DNA from: Schmidtea nova
Taxonomy: Eukaryota
Length of the DNA: 64,000 bases
NCBI GenBank assembly: GCA_044892505.1
Contig: CM097883.1
Coordinates: 182,094,001-182,158,000 of the forward strand
Reading direction: 5' to 3'
Below the pieces are notes generated by a model, which had not been told where the DNA came from, did no database searches, and was given only the letters and a program-made list of their open reading frames with translations. The position numbers were made by a program, and so were the translations under genes. This document shows, piece by piece, positions 56,401 through 63,787 of the stretch. Position 1 is the stretch's first letter. The number at the start of each line of letters is the position of its first letter.

Positions 56401-59400
56401 AACTGATCAAAGGTGATATAATCAAGGAGGCAATAAAAATCGGTAACTGCAAAACAATACGCAAGCTAATAAAATGGAAAAGATCCGAAAATGATACATG
56501 GGTGTTAAATATAAACGAGGTATACAGTGAAGGGCAAAACACGTTATTACAATTCCTATTAAAATTCGTTTGTGACCAGAAAGCACTGTTAACGTTATTA
56601 GACAGAAGAAATATCATAATTTCCAAAAACAAAGAGGAGTGTAAATTCGAAAGTGAAAAAGAAGCATTATTCAGGAAAATTAGGGAATGGTGTGCAAAAT
56701 CGCTAACCAAGACGATAACTTACAAAGATATATCCAATTTTCAAGATAAATACAAAACGGTGGAGGAAGAGTATGACAAACTAATAGACATATTAAACCA
56801 CCCCGAAAAATGCAAACAATTCCTATGTCAAAAGGAAAGAGAAAGCAAAAGGAAAGTTACACCACTTTTCAGCGCAGAGGTACCATATCAAGAAAGGTTA
56901 GATGCGATACAGGACAAAGCAAAAGAACTATTACCAGAATTCGAAAATTCTAAACATACACTGGAGATACTCGGATCAATTGTGGAAAAGGTACACGCAT
57001 ATGCGGAAGGAACTTACAATGAAAACGATATGATGATCATAAAAAGAGAAATGCCAGTGACTTTCTTATTAACAAAGAATGGAGTATTGCCAATACATAG
57101 AGCCTTACGAGCAGGAAAAAATAGGAGGGTAGTCGAAATTGCACGGTTGATGCAAGATTGCGGAAGTGACATGAACATGAAAGATAAAAAGGGAGACACC
57201 CTCATGATATTTGCAGCAAGAGCGAACACAAAAACCCGAGTGTTACAGGAACTGTACGAAGTAGGTGCAGGACTCATGGGAAGAACTAACAAAGACAGCT
57301 CAATACTAGACGTAGCGTTGTTAACGTACAATTGGGAGGTGATAAATTTTATAAAAACAATCACAAATCAGGAGGAAATAGAATACCTTACAAGGAGAGT
57401 TAAAAAAGCTAGCGTACATTCCATGATGCATAACGCTGAACTAACTGAAGTAATACTCAATTGGATGAACCCAAACACCAATGAACCAGCATTCAGGATC
57501 AACGAGTGCATGGAACAAGGCCAGAATTTATATATAAAGTGTGCATTAATAATAAACAAATGGCCAAACATAATAGACATCTTCATGAGAAGAAAAGATT
57601 TACGATTCACAAACAACCCAAAGGAAACAGAACGTACGGACAAATGGAAAGAACTAATGAAAACGTACCTTAATAATTGGATAAAAGCCAAGAAAGAGAT
57701 TCTAGATTGTAAATTAACCGATAAGGAAATACCTAAGCAGGCAGTAACACAAGAATATGAAGCAAGTATACTCACAACCATAACGTATGAAAAAATGATA
57801 GAAGCAATTAATGTCGAGGACGACATTTTCAACGACCAAAGGGGAGGCGACAATACAGGAAACGACGACGATAGTACTCGAGAAAATCCAGAGGATCATG
57901 AGTTACTAGATAAAGAGGACAGTGAAGAGAAAGGAAGGGACACAGAGAAAAATGATAAGAAAAATGAATTTGGGAAACAAAGAAACAACAACTATAAAAA
58001 TAAAAACGAAGTAAAAAGAACAGGCTACAAACAAACAATAAACCCATTCTTTAAACCAGAACTATTATTACTAACGATAATCATGACCTTAATTAGTCCC
58101 ACTCAAGGAATGATATGTGAAGAAAGAGCGACAATACAAATTGGAAACGCAAAAGGAATCGAACGAGTATGTTGGTCAAAAAAGGACAAAATCTCGGGAC
58201 AAAATAGTCCAATGGATTGCAGGATCTCAGAATACGAACAAGAAATCATAGAGATCGATGACCTAGAGCTAGATACTTGGTACAGAATGTGCACCGTTCG
58301 GAAACCAAAGGATCCGAGATCACATAAGACAATTGCATGTGCAAATTACCTAACACCCAAAGTAACCATAACAGTACAGCAGTCATCCAAAGGAGACTAT
58401 GTCGTAGGAAAGTGTGGAAGAACAGAGACACAAGGAACAAAAAACAAGAAACCTCAGACAATAGACAGACGAACAACGCCAACTATACAAATTACCATAG
58501 ACAGGCCCGAAGTAAGAGTAACCACAAATGAAACTGAAAGAGTGACCTACCAAACAGAATTACTATGTTTAGCACTCATATTAACAATGTTAAAACGGTT
58601 AGAAGAAGGGATAGACATTGACACAATGGCAGTAACAGAGATGAACGACACCCAAAACACCAACCCAAAGTGTTGGGCCAGAAGCAACGAAGAAATTGGC
58701 GTAAGCGAAATAAAGACGAGTCGGAAAAGGAAAACAAATAAAGTAACCAAGATATCAGAAGTAAAAGCAGACAGGACGTATGAACTATGTTTACTAGAAA
58801 AAGAAAGACACAAGAAAGGAACGACAATTTGTAAAACATTTCAACCTGGGGAAACAATAAAGTTCATACGACGAGGAAGAAGAAATAAACGCACCAAACG
58901 GAGAACAACTATAATGTTAGAGTTAACCGGAATAGAACCGGACGTCAAAGGCGTATGCTGGAAGAAGCAGGAAAAGAAAACAAACCAGAATACACCGCCG
59001 CAATGTCGAACAAACAGAGGAACAACCACAATACAGATAGAAGGGTTAGAAAGTAATCAAACGTACGAAATATGCCTGATCAGGAAGAGCGACAAAATAA
59101 CAGTAAATGAACTGGAATGCAAAATATATAAAACACCCACCGGAACAAGAATTGGAAAGACAACGCGAAAAAGCAGAAGACAACGGAACAAAGGAAAAAC
59201 GAGGTATACCACTACTTTTAAACCTAATGGACAACAGAAAAACCAAGAAATACAAATAAAAACCGAAAAGAATACTACAGCAACTCTTATACTATGGAGA
59301 ATAGACAATAAAACGTTAGAAATATGTTGGGCAGTAGTCCAGGAACAAAAAGAAAGACAGCCACGATACTGCGAAAACGTAAAAGGAAAAGAAGAAATGA

Positions 59401-60002
59401 GTATCAAAAATCTGAAATTTAATAGAGAATACGAGATATGTGCGGTAGAAAAGACGGACATATTAGGAAATCAGCAGGAAAAATGCGAAACGTACTACAC
59501 ACCGGTAAACTCAACGTCCAAAGGGAAAGTGAGAAAACTCGAATTTAAAGAATTAAGTCAGACAACGAAACAAATGGACGCGGAACAAATAGTAATAGAC
59601 CCTTACGCAAGATGGACGCCGGAAGAAGTAATTAAAGAAGTTAAAAGAAAACAACAAGAACGAGAACAACTACTAAATAAACTAAAGGGACAATATGGAC
59701 CAATGATTAACCAGAGTGAAATTACGAAGATGGACGTAAACAAACAAGTTAGAGAACTAATTGGTCTAGGAATACTAGCAGCAACTATTCCAGTAATAAC
59801 AGTATTATTAATAATATGGATATATGATGTATTCAACAAGAAACCAATAACACATTGGCCAGATATAAAGATTATGAACTACAGTATAGAATTACCGGAA
59901 GAAGTACATAAAGAATTCCAAAGGGGGACGAAAGGTAAAGAATTTTGGAGACAAATAGAAGATGAAGAGCGATACGAAGGAAAGACAGTGATGGTGATAT
60001 AG
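47490..60002 (+). CDS. Polyprotein continuing the gag frame: Ubl domains, AT-hook, Bcl-2-like domain, signal peptide + chuvirus-like glycoprotein + TM, PR, RT, RNase H, integrase, ankyrin repeats, signal peptide + 4 FN3-like repeats + TM
   Basis: PR IDTG at 52461; RT LDLKSGYWQ and YIDD at 53676; RH TDAS; IN H-H-C-C, DDE and GPY. Glycoprotein ~50085-51855; BH2-like YIISKGGWETF at 49875-49907; ankyrin-like repeats ~56090-57340. Confidence 0.93.
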   Translation, partial: PGEVTTLSICDDKREENLQEVAKEANMCFEKKIKPRLEYEKGRILRGNLNSMIEQIIPQIKKHRKELMRSEYEKLKRCIECIRDTSHTRWSQISYGKVIAKMGKAMFRQGKITDLKIAVELPNEDTKEIEVVADCTIKELVNVINETLLQREPEEEWEDDIIMKYNEHVLWDHDERRLYKIGIWDNHQTIHVIRMDDTPRETAKDEKRERERKKEVVHKLQQIVDIYRNWRIWPEWEDVLEELNLNRRLPTPVEKQWNERGKCWEPKAGEYEEEYGIGIEDDHKPETGRVCMVTRKAMPADLDGPETTTMWLEREKQKTEEFVEILKTNAHGKRKVVKGLADFFVVNGEDITCLRKVAKAIAEYKRVNEWCPEQLDHVIKKWRNQEFSQESPQKVHLRIVYPNQEKEEFWVGIAEKVRDIKKKLRYEPPFHLQHQGRSLDNSLEIGITPAQLDIANTLTVAAIAGQPLKLKEEKKPKGSMSTPSPMKSVMTPGTSSEQARTTPRDTRERTPPEPYDVDEIFTDSDDMLEELIELTKEKDDNIFERIQELPTAIPVTNTEDEVEQEIIIEEVNEIAEEEARRANVENVQFTQEMERWLEERANEPRDVTEETGRETRLVETGTTMDKRPRGRPKMDPANVVIKSREEKRRDQWDLCLKKLNKIAETKEKETTQTYQGEEWISKMLMEILAIIDPELKKWWRINEISERAKSLHSAIAPILPELIKEKTRSNHLDWQGTTMLIKKLTEGAETDNKYLIAIAYTIYNLLTLSRGRLKPTALERHIKNTAKIIEKEIEPYIISKGGWETFTKTNQKKNQAKNMKKKFEEILGELEKEKSGTGNGKSSLNLSSIIMMMLIWMISTDGATAFEVFDCDQMALGEKYSLRGTEQCKDATPTELKTLKKRQLYHVYQEAELIRTMVRECKVYKTRFAFYCGHRHYSAIVMPGTERESVMLQGEDCEKLFKHGEVETRDRVKIRGKTGVILQQTYYVAGAITGGEGYCQGATYPIFGVAATNLVVIDTYTVELKTYEAFFDPTTGEMKTLPMCKIESNTCQTGMSTLTYQIRGKECQLQLLKEAEFDEIQGKTFQEEEEDEAARGKILQDTVRGEKKIETRTQEKQIKMRNTPTVLITSDADIGMRFVKGKTALKCGVAMLETNYPGIFVSKQEVPSAKRKVHTNDVKLHLYMNNKMDFLFHRGQASLQKVYYDLINNDCILNREILKTKLAVAITNPDSAMPLLPLREGHFGRVVGEVMYVYICKKTNAKVATMTKLQPGQCTNELEIEYKGKVRYVQPVTRIINPISFEPNPFNCSNAYGPLYQKPDGNWVMFPSRTEVPAPREFELMQLSKGRKFKDVDVSNMGFYNAKDLEAARQNILFPARREAVLSSIVTITGGTNYQGGPNYELLLSPAHFKKATENMMKAMWGRFLIFGQMMAGILGVILIIQIIRVIITQMLACFDIYKREKKVNWKLVVGFLPFLAKTMVLHGHSKDIHRIKRLLKILAKMKGTDEEVGRKFKKIMNNEQARQQLKKERKGLWERMKGYRTQDDSSDDDDDDNEGGQVFKNQVPQYVEKNPAEMWKCYAPPPTMYQEPTPGMRQNTMQMMPMTNIYPMIPEDYRTRRCRSVDPQGDSHTIAVMSSNTGPVLTTTIEINGREIEAMIDTGANISAIDIKWIPQEQRRDIERTNVHVIACSKEVVEVAGRWWVKIKHQNTEIETYVAVIPALSVPCIIGTDLMPALFKEIVIDLGTMRLKDRTGQICAIEAKVTSSKQIIVPARREKICFVKIDPTIEGDMIFEPSKRFEKRKSLPMARGLVSANDNGEIPINVVNFDEEDKIIYENERLGKLTPMIDIEIPIKEGVKEEEPTWNINSQLLNEDQKKQLERLLMEYKDIFAASDLDLGTCDVTLHTIPLTDETPIALRPYKLAEAQKSVAEAEVQKMLDAEVIEPSCSPWQFPVVMVKKKDGTQRFCIDYRRLNAVTKRDTYPLPDINEMLLTLQGAAYFTSLDLKSGYWQIKMKEEDKEKTAFTIGRDLYQFRKMPFGLTNAPASFQRCMNFVTHGIKQCMVYIDDLLIYSSTFEQHIQDIRDVFVRLRQWKLKLKPSKCDWAKEKVTFLGHIVSAKGKEPDPRNIDKVKECPVPKTITQIQEFLGLCGYYRKFIKDYAGIAKPIQELVKKDVSFIWGSEQQTAFETLRDKLITAPILVHPDFKKPFLLATDASGYAAGAVLGQYDDEGKERVIGYYSRTFKKHEKNYSVTEREALAIILAIKHFKYLLWGHIICITTDHQPLVWLGQHKETSSRLMRWAMQLQEYSPDIKFKSGKANANADCMSRLTFPELTDPEVQRICIMIAEDLDFSELKKDQQEDKELKPIIEFLSSRNMDVFEDNAELKEHMRKYQHRYTIEKGWLLIQDGEKRLMCLPSNRRKEIITQYHDGKLGGHMSSKKTLDRMRQKYYWPTMDEDVKEWIKNCLTCATRKDSGKKWKNPLKPMPIPAEPMTTIAMDVIGPLPESLNGNQYILVITDYLTKFPEAFAMPDQKAKTVARILVEEICCRYGTPKQILTDQGTNFMSEILDEVTNYFRIAKLRTSPYHPQTNGQTERFNGTLIRMLSNYVSKHQTDWDEYVKLCLMAYRMSIHAATKLSPFQLMYGRECNMPIDLEYQPPLSQYMEEDDYVTKFKERMQEIWKTAELNIKFYQESYKDLHDQKKNVKTNDLKPGDWVMIETPEIIPGTVKKLQRPGKGPYEVIYKKENNVKVKLVNRPLIRPIYVNTCRCKKVPKTITTAPEERIITRSQTARMNMLRATNESTEAENNQRGKRNKEIVLKAREIMGKWHVRDDILRDIQSIISDYARGLPTKPVISELLEKIPEILSLEDIGGQPALHNAIKWGEVERVKEFLKIAKETNQHLGFGNSEQETPLMVAAIYKSDKAIIDLLINADFNWTERDRENKTVLNHAIWSSNQIMLKQIIEKATWEIDELIKGDIIKEAIKIGNCKTIRKLIKWKRSENDTWVLNINEVYSEGQNTLLQFLLKFVCDQKALLTLLDRRNIIISKNKEECKFESEKEALFRKIREWCAKSLTKTITYKDISNFQDKYKTVEEEYDKLIDILNHPEKCKQFLCQKERESKRKVTPLFSAEVPYQERLDAIQDKAKELLPEFENSKHTLEILGSIVEKVHAYAEGTYNENDMMIIKREMPVTFLLTKNGVLPIHRALRAGKNRRVVEIARLMQDCGSDMNMKDKKGDTLMIFAARANTKTRVLQELYEVGAGLMGRTNKDSSILDVALLTYNWEVINFIKTITNQEEIEYLTRRVKKASVHSMMHNAELTEVILNWMNPNTNEPAFRINECMEQGQNLYIKCALIINKWPNIIDIFMRRKDLRFTNNPKETERTDKWKELMKTYLNNWIKAKKEILDCKLTDKEIPKQAVTQEYEASILTTITYEKMIEAINVEDDIFNDQRGGDNTGNDDDSTRENPEDHELLDKEDSEEKGRDTEKNDKKNEFGKQRNNNYKNKNEVKRTGYKQTINPFFKPELLLLTIIMTLISPTQGMICEERATIQIGNAKGIERVCWSKKDKISGQNSPMDCRISEYEQEIIEIDDLELDTWYRMCTVRKPKDPRSHKTIACANYLTPKVTITVQQSSKGDYVVGKCGRTETQGTKNKKPQTIDRRTTPTIQITIDRPEVRVTTNETERVTYQTELLCLALILTMLKRLEEGIDIDTMAVTEMNDTQNTNPKCWARSNEEIGVSEIKTSRKRKTNKVTKISEVKADRTYELCLLEKERHKKGTTICKTFQPGETIKFIRRGRRNKRTKRRTTIMLELTGIEPDVKGVCWKKQEKKTNQNTPPQCRTNRGTTTIQIEGLESNQTYEICLIRKSDKITVNELECKIYKTPTGTRIGKTTRKSRRQRNKGKTRYTTTFKPNGQQKNQEIQIKTEKNTTATLILWRIDNKTLEICWAVVQEQKERQPRYCENVKGKEEMSIKNLKFNREYEICAVEKTDILGNQQEKCETYYTPVNSTSKGKVRKLEFKELSQTTKQMDAEQIVIDPYARWTPEEVIKEVKRKQQEREQLLNKLKGQYGPMINQSEITKMDVNKQVRELIGLGILAATIPVITVLLIIWIYDVFNKKPITHWPDIKIMNYSIELPEEVHKEFQRGTKGKEFWRQIEDEERYEGKTVMVI

Positions 60003-60127
60003 GAGGCGGGATATGACTGTAAATAATAGTGTAAATAACAATGCATTACCGTAATAGTATGGGTATCGATATTATAAAAATATAAAAAGAGAAATCGAGA
60101 AAACGATTAATGTATATAATTTAGAAA

Positions 60128-60484
60128 ATGAACGAACAGGAAGAAATAGCAGAAACTACTATGGCTATGCGATGGAAAGCCCAGTGTGACATGTTAATAC
60201 GAACAATCAACTCACTACAAAATCAGTTAATTGAGAAACAGAATTTGTTATCCGAAAGTTATAATAATAGTTTTGAACAACTCCACAGAATCGAGGAGCA
60301 ACAGAGATTGATAACGCAACTTACCAGAGAGAATCAAGTGATGAGCGACATAAATCAGAGACAAGCAATAGAGATAGACCGTTTAACAATGGGAGAGACA
60401 GAAGAAGCAGAGGATGGATGGACAAATTGGGCAATAAACAGATCAGAAAATGACCCAGAACCAGATTCAACAAACGAGCCGTAG
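60128..60484 (+). CDS. Small coiled-coil accessory protein (118 aa)
   Basis: Intact ATG ORF preceded by an AG acceptor-like site; heptad Q/E/L-rich. Confidence 0.7.
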   Translation: MNEQEEIAETTMAMRWKAQCDMLIRTINSLQNQLIEKQNLLSESYNNSFEQLHRIEEQQRLITQLTRENQVMSDINQRQAIEIDRLTMGETEEAEDGWTNWAINRSENDPEPDSTNEP

Positions 60485-60575
60485 ATAAATAAAGCGAAAA
60501 ATTGTAAATATGTAAAAACAAAAACAAGAAAAATCAAAAAATAGATAACAAATCAAGTGTATATATCATTGTAGA

Positions 60576-61958
60576 ATGAATACAGAAGGAAAAGCCGAAG
60601 AGCGGATAATCGAAATTTTGAGAGCCGAGAACAGGAAATGGAGTCAGAGACTCACTTGTGTAAATTGTAAAAACATAATATTGAAACCAAGACAAACCCT
60701 ATGCGGATGCAGAGTATGTACCAAATGCATACACGAGTTAAGTATGAAAAGACCACCAGAATGTCCAGAATGCAAAGAAGGACAAATAAAATTCGAAGAA
60801 ACCGGACCAGATAGAGCAACTCAGAGAGAAATCATGAACACGAAAACCGAATGTATAAATCAACCATGTATATGGCAAGGACAAATACGCGATCTCGAGA
60901 ACCATCTGGAGAACTGCGAGGAGAAGAGAACCGAATGTAACAAATGCCAACAAAAAATAACTATAAAGAATAAAGAGCAGCACAAAGATGAATGCAAAGA
61001 AGAGGAAAGTCTATGCGAATATTGTGGAACTCGAGAAACGAGGAGAAAGATCGAGGAAGAACACCTGAATGTAAAAGAGGAGAAAGTATGTAGACAATAT
61101 GTAGGAATATGTTCAAACGAATGCGAGATAACGGCAGAAGTAAAATTACAAGAACATTGGAAAATGTGCACGGAGAAACCAAGGGAATGCCCTTATAACA
61201 AACAGGGATGTATGGAGAAAAGAACGCAAAAAACCATGAAACAACATCTGGAGGAAGCATTGCTAAAGCATGCGGAAATGACAAACGAAGCAACAAAAGA
61301 AACCGAACAAACAATCAAAAAATTAGAAAGAGAAATAGAGTCACACAAGATAATGGTAAACCTACTGTTGGAAACCAGAGAGCAATTCGAACTAACACGA
61401 GAAAAGATGGAGGAAAAGATAAAAGCTATCGAAGAATTGGCTAAAGGAATGAAAATCCAGTACAACAAACTCACCCAGGATACCGAAGAAAAGTTACCAA
61501 TCGCACCATATGTGTGGAAAGTGACAGATTTTAGAAACAAATTAACAGAGGCCAGAAATATGACGAAAACAGCAGTAATAAGCCCACCATTTTATTTATG
61601 GAGAAACGGAGCTAAAGTGAGATTGAAGCTATACCCAAATGGAGACGGAAGAGGACGAGGAACACATGTGTCAATATTTTTCTCGCTATGTAAAGGAGAA
61701 TACGACGACCTAGTAGAATGGCCCTTGAAAGTAGGAGTCATTGTAAGAATCAGAAGTGTAACAAAACCAGTGGAAAAATTCTTTGAGACAGAGAAACATG
61801 CGAGTACGAGCGAGAAACCAACCACAGAATGCGGATTAGCAGCGGGAGAACCGATGTTTATAACGAAAGAAAGCCTATGGGAACGATTATATGCAGACAC
61901 CCTATACATAGAAATGGAAAGGAATGAGAAAGCAGATAGAAAAGGATGGCTGACGTAA
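60576..61958 (+). CDS. TRAF-like protein (RING, TRAF zinc fingers, coiled coil, MATH), 460 aa
   Basis: CVNC..PRQTLCGCRVC..C..CPEC RING; C..QPC.W.G...L..H...C finger; MATH motifs WKV.DF, SPPFY, LYPNGDG.G.GTHVS.F, EWP. Confidence 0.92.
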   Translation: MNTEGKAEERIIEILRAENRKWSQRLTCVNCKNIILKPRQTLCGCRVCTKCIHELSMKRPPECPECKEGQIKFEETGPDRATQREIMNTKTECINQPCIWQGQIRDLENHLENCEEKRTECNKCQQKITIKNKEQHKDECKEEESLCEYCGTRETRRKIEEEHLNVKEEKVCRQYVGICSNECEITAEVKLQEHWKMCTEKPRECPYNKQGCMEKRTQKTMKQHLEEALLKHAEMTNEATKETEQTIKKLEREIESHKIMVNLLLETREQFELTREKMEEKIKAIEELAKGMKIQYNKLTQDTEEKLPIAPYVWKVTDFRNKLTEARNMTKTAVISPPFYLWRNGAKVRLKLYPNGDGRGRGTHVSIFFSLCKGEYDDLVEWPLKVGVIVRIRSVTKPVEKFFETEKHASTSEKPTTECGLAAGEPMFITKESLWERLYADTLYIEMERNEKADRKGWLT

Positions 61959-62071
61959 CAAGAGAAGTGATCATGTAAATAATATGTACAGTTAAATACC
62001 CAAAAATTATTATATAAACAAAAATAACTGATATATAAACCGATTAAAATTTTCATTCTGTAATTTTAGCA

Positions 62072-63133
62072 ATGGGAAATATCGAGGTATGCTTACAGGA
62101 AATTACGATGCATCAAGCAGAAGCGATTAGCGATCATCTAGAACAGATAGAAATATGGGTCAATGCATATTATAGAAAGCAAGAGGAGATAGAGAGACAA
62201 GCCGAATTATTAAAAGAAGCGGAAAGATCAAGTCAAAGAAGTCGAGAAAAAATAGAGGAAGTATACAAAATGCTACAACAACAAAAGGAATATTACCAGA
62301 GAATGATGAAAGAGCGACGAGAGGAAAGAGACAGACAGCAGATGGAAGCTGAACACAAGATGTATTCGATTACAGAACAAGCAAGATATTGGAAGAAAGA
62401 AGCGAAAGAATCTTACGAAAAAGCTAGAGAAATAATAGAAAGGACAGCTTATAGCGATGACTGGAAATTATATAAAGAGATCGACGAATTAAAAGACGAG
62501 TTAGAACAGAAAATACACCAAGAAGTGTTGAATAAAAGATGGAATACAAAGAGACAGCAATTTATCCGGGAACAAGCAAAGAAAATTAAAGGACTAACCT
62601 ATCAAGTTCAAAGAATGGGAGAAGAACTAGCTAATCAAGAACAACTGAAAACTATGCTCACCGGAATATGGAATCAGAAAGAAGAAGAGATGAAGAGAGA
62701 TATAAATGGTTATCAAGGGGTGATTACTCAAAAGAAAATAGAGCTAAAAAGAACCAGGGAAAGGTTAAAGGAAGAGAAACAAAGTTACGAGGAAAATTTA
62801 ACGAATTTGATGAAAGAAAACGAAGAATTGAAACAGAAACGAGTAACAGTATCAGTAATACCCAAAGAACCAAGTATAACGGCAGCCGTAACAAAAATGA
62901 TAAAAGAAGACGAACAAAAGACAAAAGTAATCGAATTAGAGAAACAAATAGAAACATTAACAGAACAAGCAAATTACCTAGAATATTTGCTAGACGAGGA
63001 GATCCAGATATCTCACATGTATCGAGATGAAGTCGAAATGTGGAGGAGCAGGGTTGTTTGGATACCACTCCCCACGAACCAAGTAGAGCCTCAGGACGAA
63101 GGTTTCTATGAACCAAATGAGACGATTGTGTAA
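62072..63133 (+). CDS. Long coiled-coil accessory protein (353 aa)
   Basis: Intact E/K/Q-rich ORF with an AG acceptor-like site 2 nt before the ATG. Confidence 0.75.
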   Translation: MGNIEVCLQEITMHQAEAISDHLEQIEIWVNAYYRKQEEIERQAELLKEAERSSQRSREKIEEVYKMLQQQKEYYQRMMKERREERDRQQMEAEHKMYSITEQARYWKKEAKESYEKAREIIERTAYSDDWKLYKEIDELKDELEQKIHQEVLNKRWNTKRQQFIREQAKKIKGLTYQVQRMGEELANQEQLKTMLTGIWNQKEEEMKRDINGYQGVITQKKIELKRTRERLKEEKQSYEENLTNLMKENEELKQKRVTVSVIPKEPSITAAVTKMIKEDEQKTKVIELEKQIETLTEQANYLEYLLDEEIQISHMYRDEVEMWRSRVVWIPLPTNQVEPQDEGFYEPNETIV

Positions 63134-63214
63134 ATAAAGCGGAAAATATATTTTTGTAAATAATTGTATGAAATGTAGTGTCAAATTGTATTGACCTATC
63201 TGTAAAGAAACAGT

Positions 63215-63787
63215 ATGAAAAAGCTCAGAATACCGATATTCCTATATCTAATAACAATCACCCTACAAAGAGAAGATCTTCAACTCACAGAGAAGGAGCT
63301 ACGAGCCCTACCCGAGAAAACCTATCAAGAACTAGATAAACTAATCAGCGAAGCAACACAAGAAATCACCCAACTTCAACAGATAACATCAGACAACCCA
63401 AACGATGAAAAATTTCAACAGGTCCTATATGAACATCGAATCAAATTGAAAACAATCAGAAAAACCCTAAAAGAAGGTCGAGAACCCATAAAAAGCTTAG
63501 CCCAAGCAGAGATAGAATATCAAGAAAAATGGATCATCGCAATTATAATAATCCTTGCACTCAGCGTGACCATTATCGCGATCACAATCCTCATAACATC
63601 ATACCGAGTGAAGATCTTAAAACAAAAACATGTCATCCTGAATCGAACAACAATACAAGACATCAGAACCCAAAAGCGAATGAGAAAACACCTAAACCGA
63701 ATCCAAAGCCACTACGAACTACGAACAATCAGCGAAAGAACCCCAATCCAATCCAATACCAATCATGAAATCAAAGAGCTTGTGTAA
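63215..63787 (+). CDS. Predicted membrane protein (N-terminal hydrophobic leader, helical domain, TM, basic tail), 190 aa
   Basis: MKKLRIPIFLYLITITL leader; TM WIIAIIIILALSVTIIAITILIT. Confidence 0.72.
   Translation: MKKLRIPIFLYLITITLQREDLQLTEKELRALPEKTYQELDKLISEATQEITQLQQITSDNPNDEKFQQVLYEHRIKLKTIRKTLKEGREPIKSLAQAEIEYQEKWIIAIIIILALSVTIIAITILITSYRVKILKQKHVILNRTTIQDIRTQKRMRKHLNRIQSHYELRTISERTPIQSNTNHEIKELV

Noticed and set aside
58550-58600. Extra TM segment LLCLALILTML in the FN3-like region
   Set aside because: Short and flanked by charged residues, and it falls near the start of a repeat unit; not called as a membrane span.
44371-63768. Dozens of minus-strand and alternate-frame ORFs over the giant element
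   Set aside because: Their F/L/S/V-rich translations are expected from the T-rich complement of an A-rich coding strand; many start at non-ATG codons and none shows a recognisable motif.
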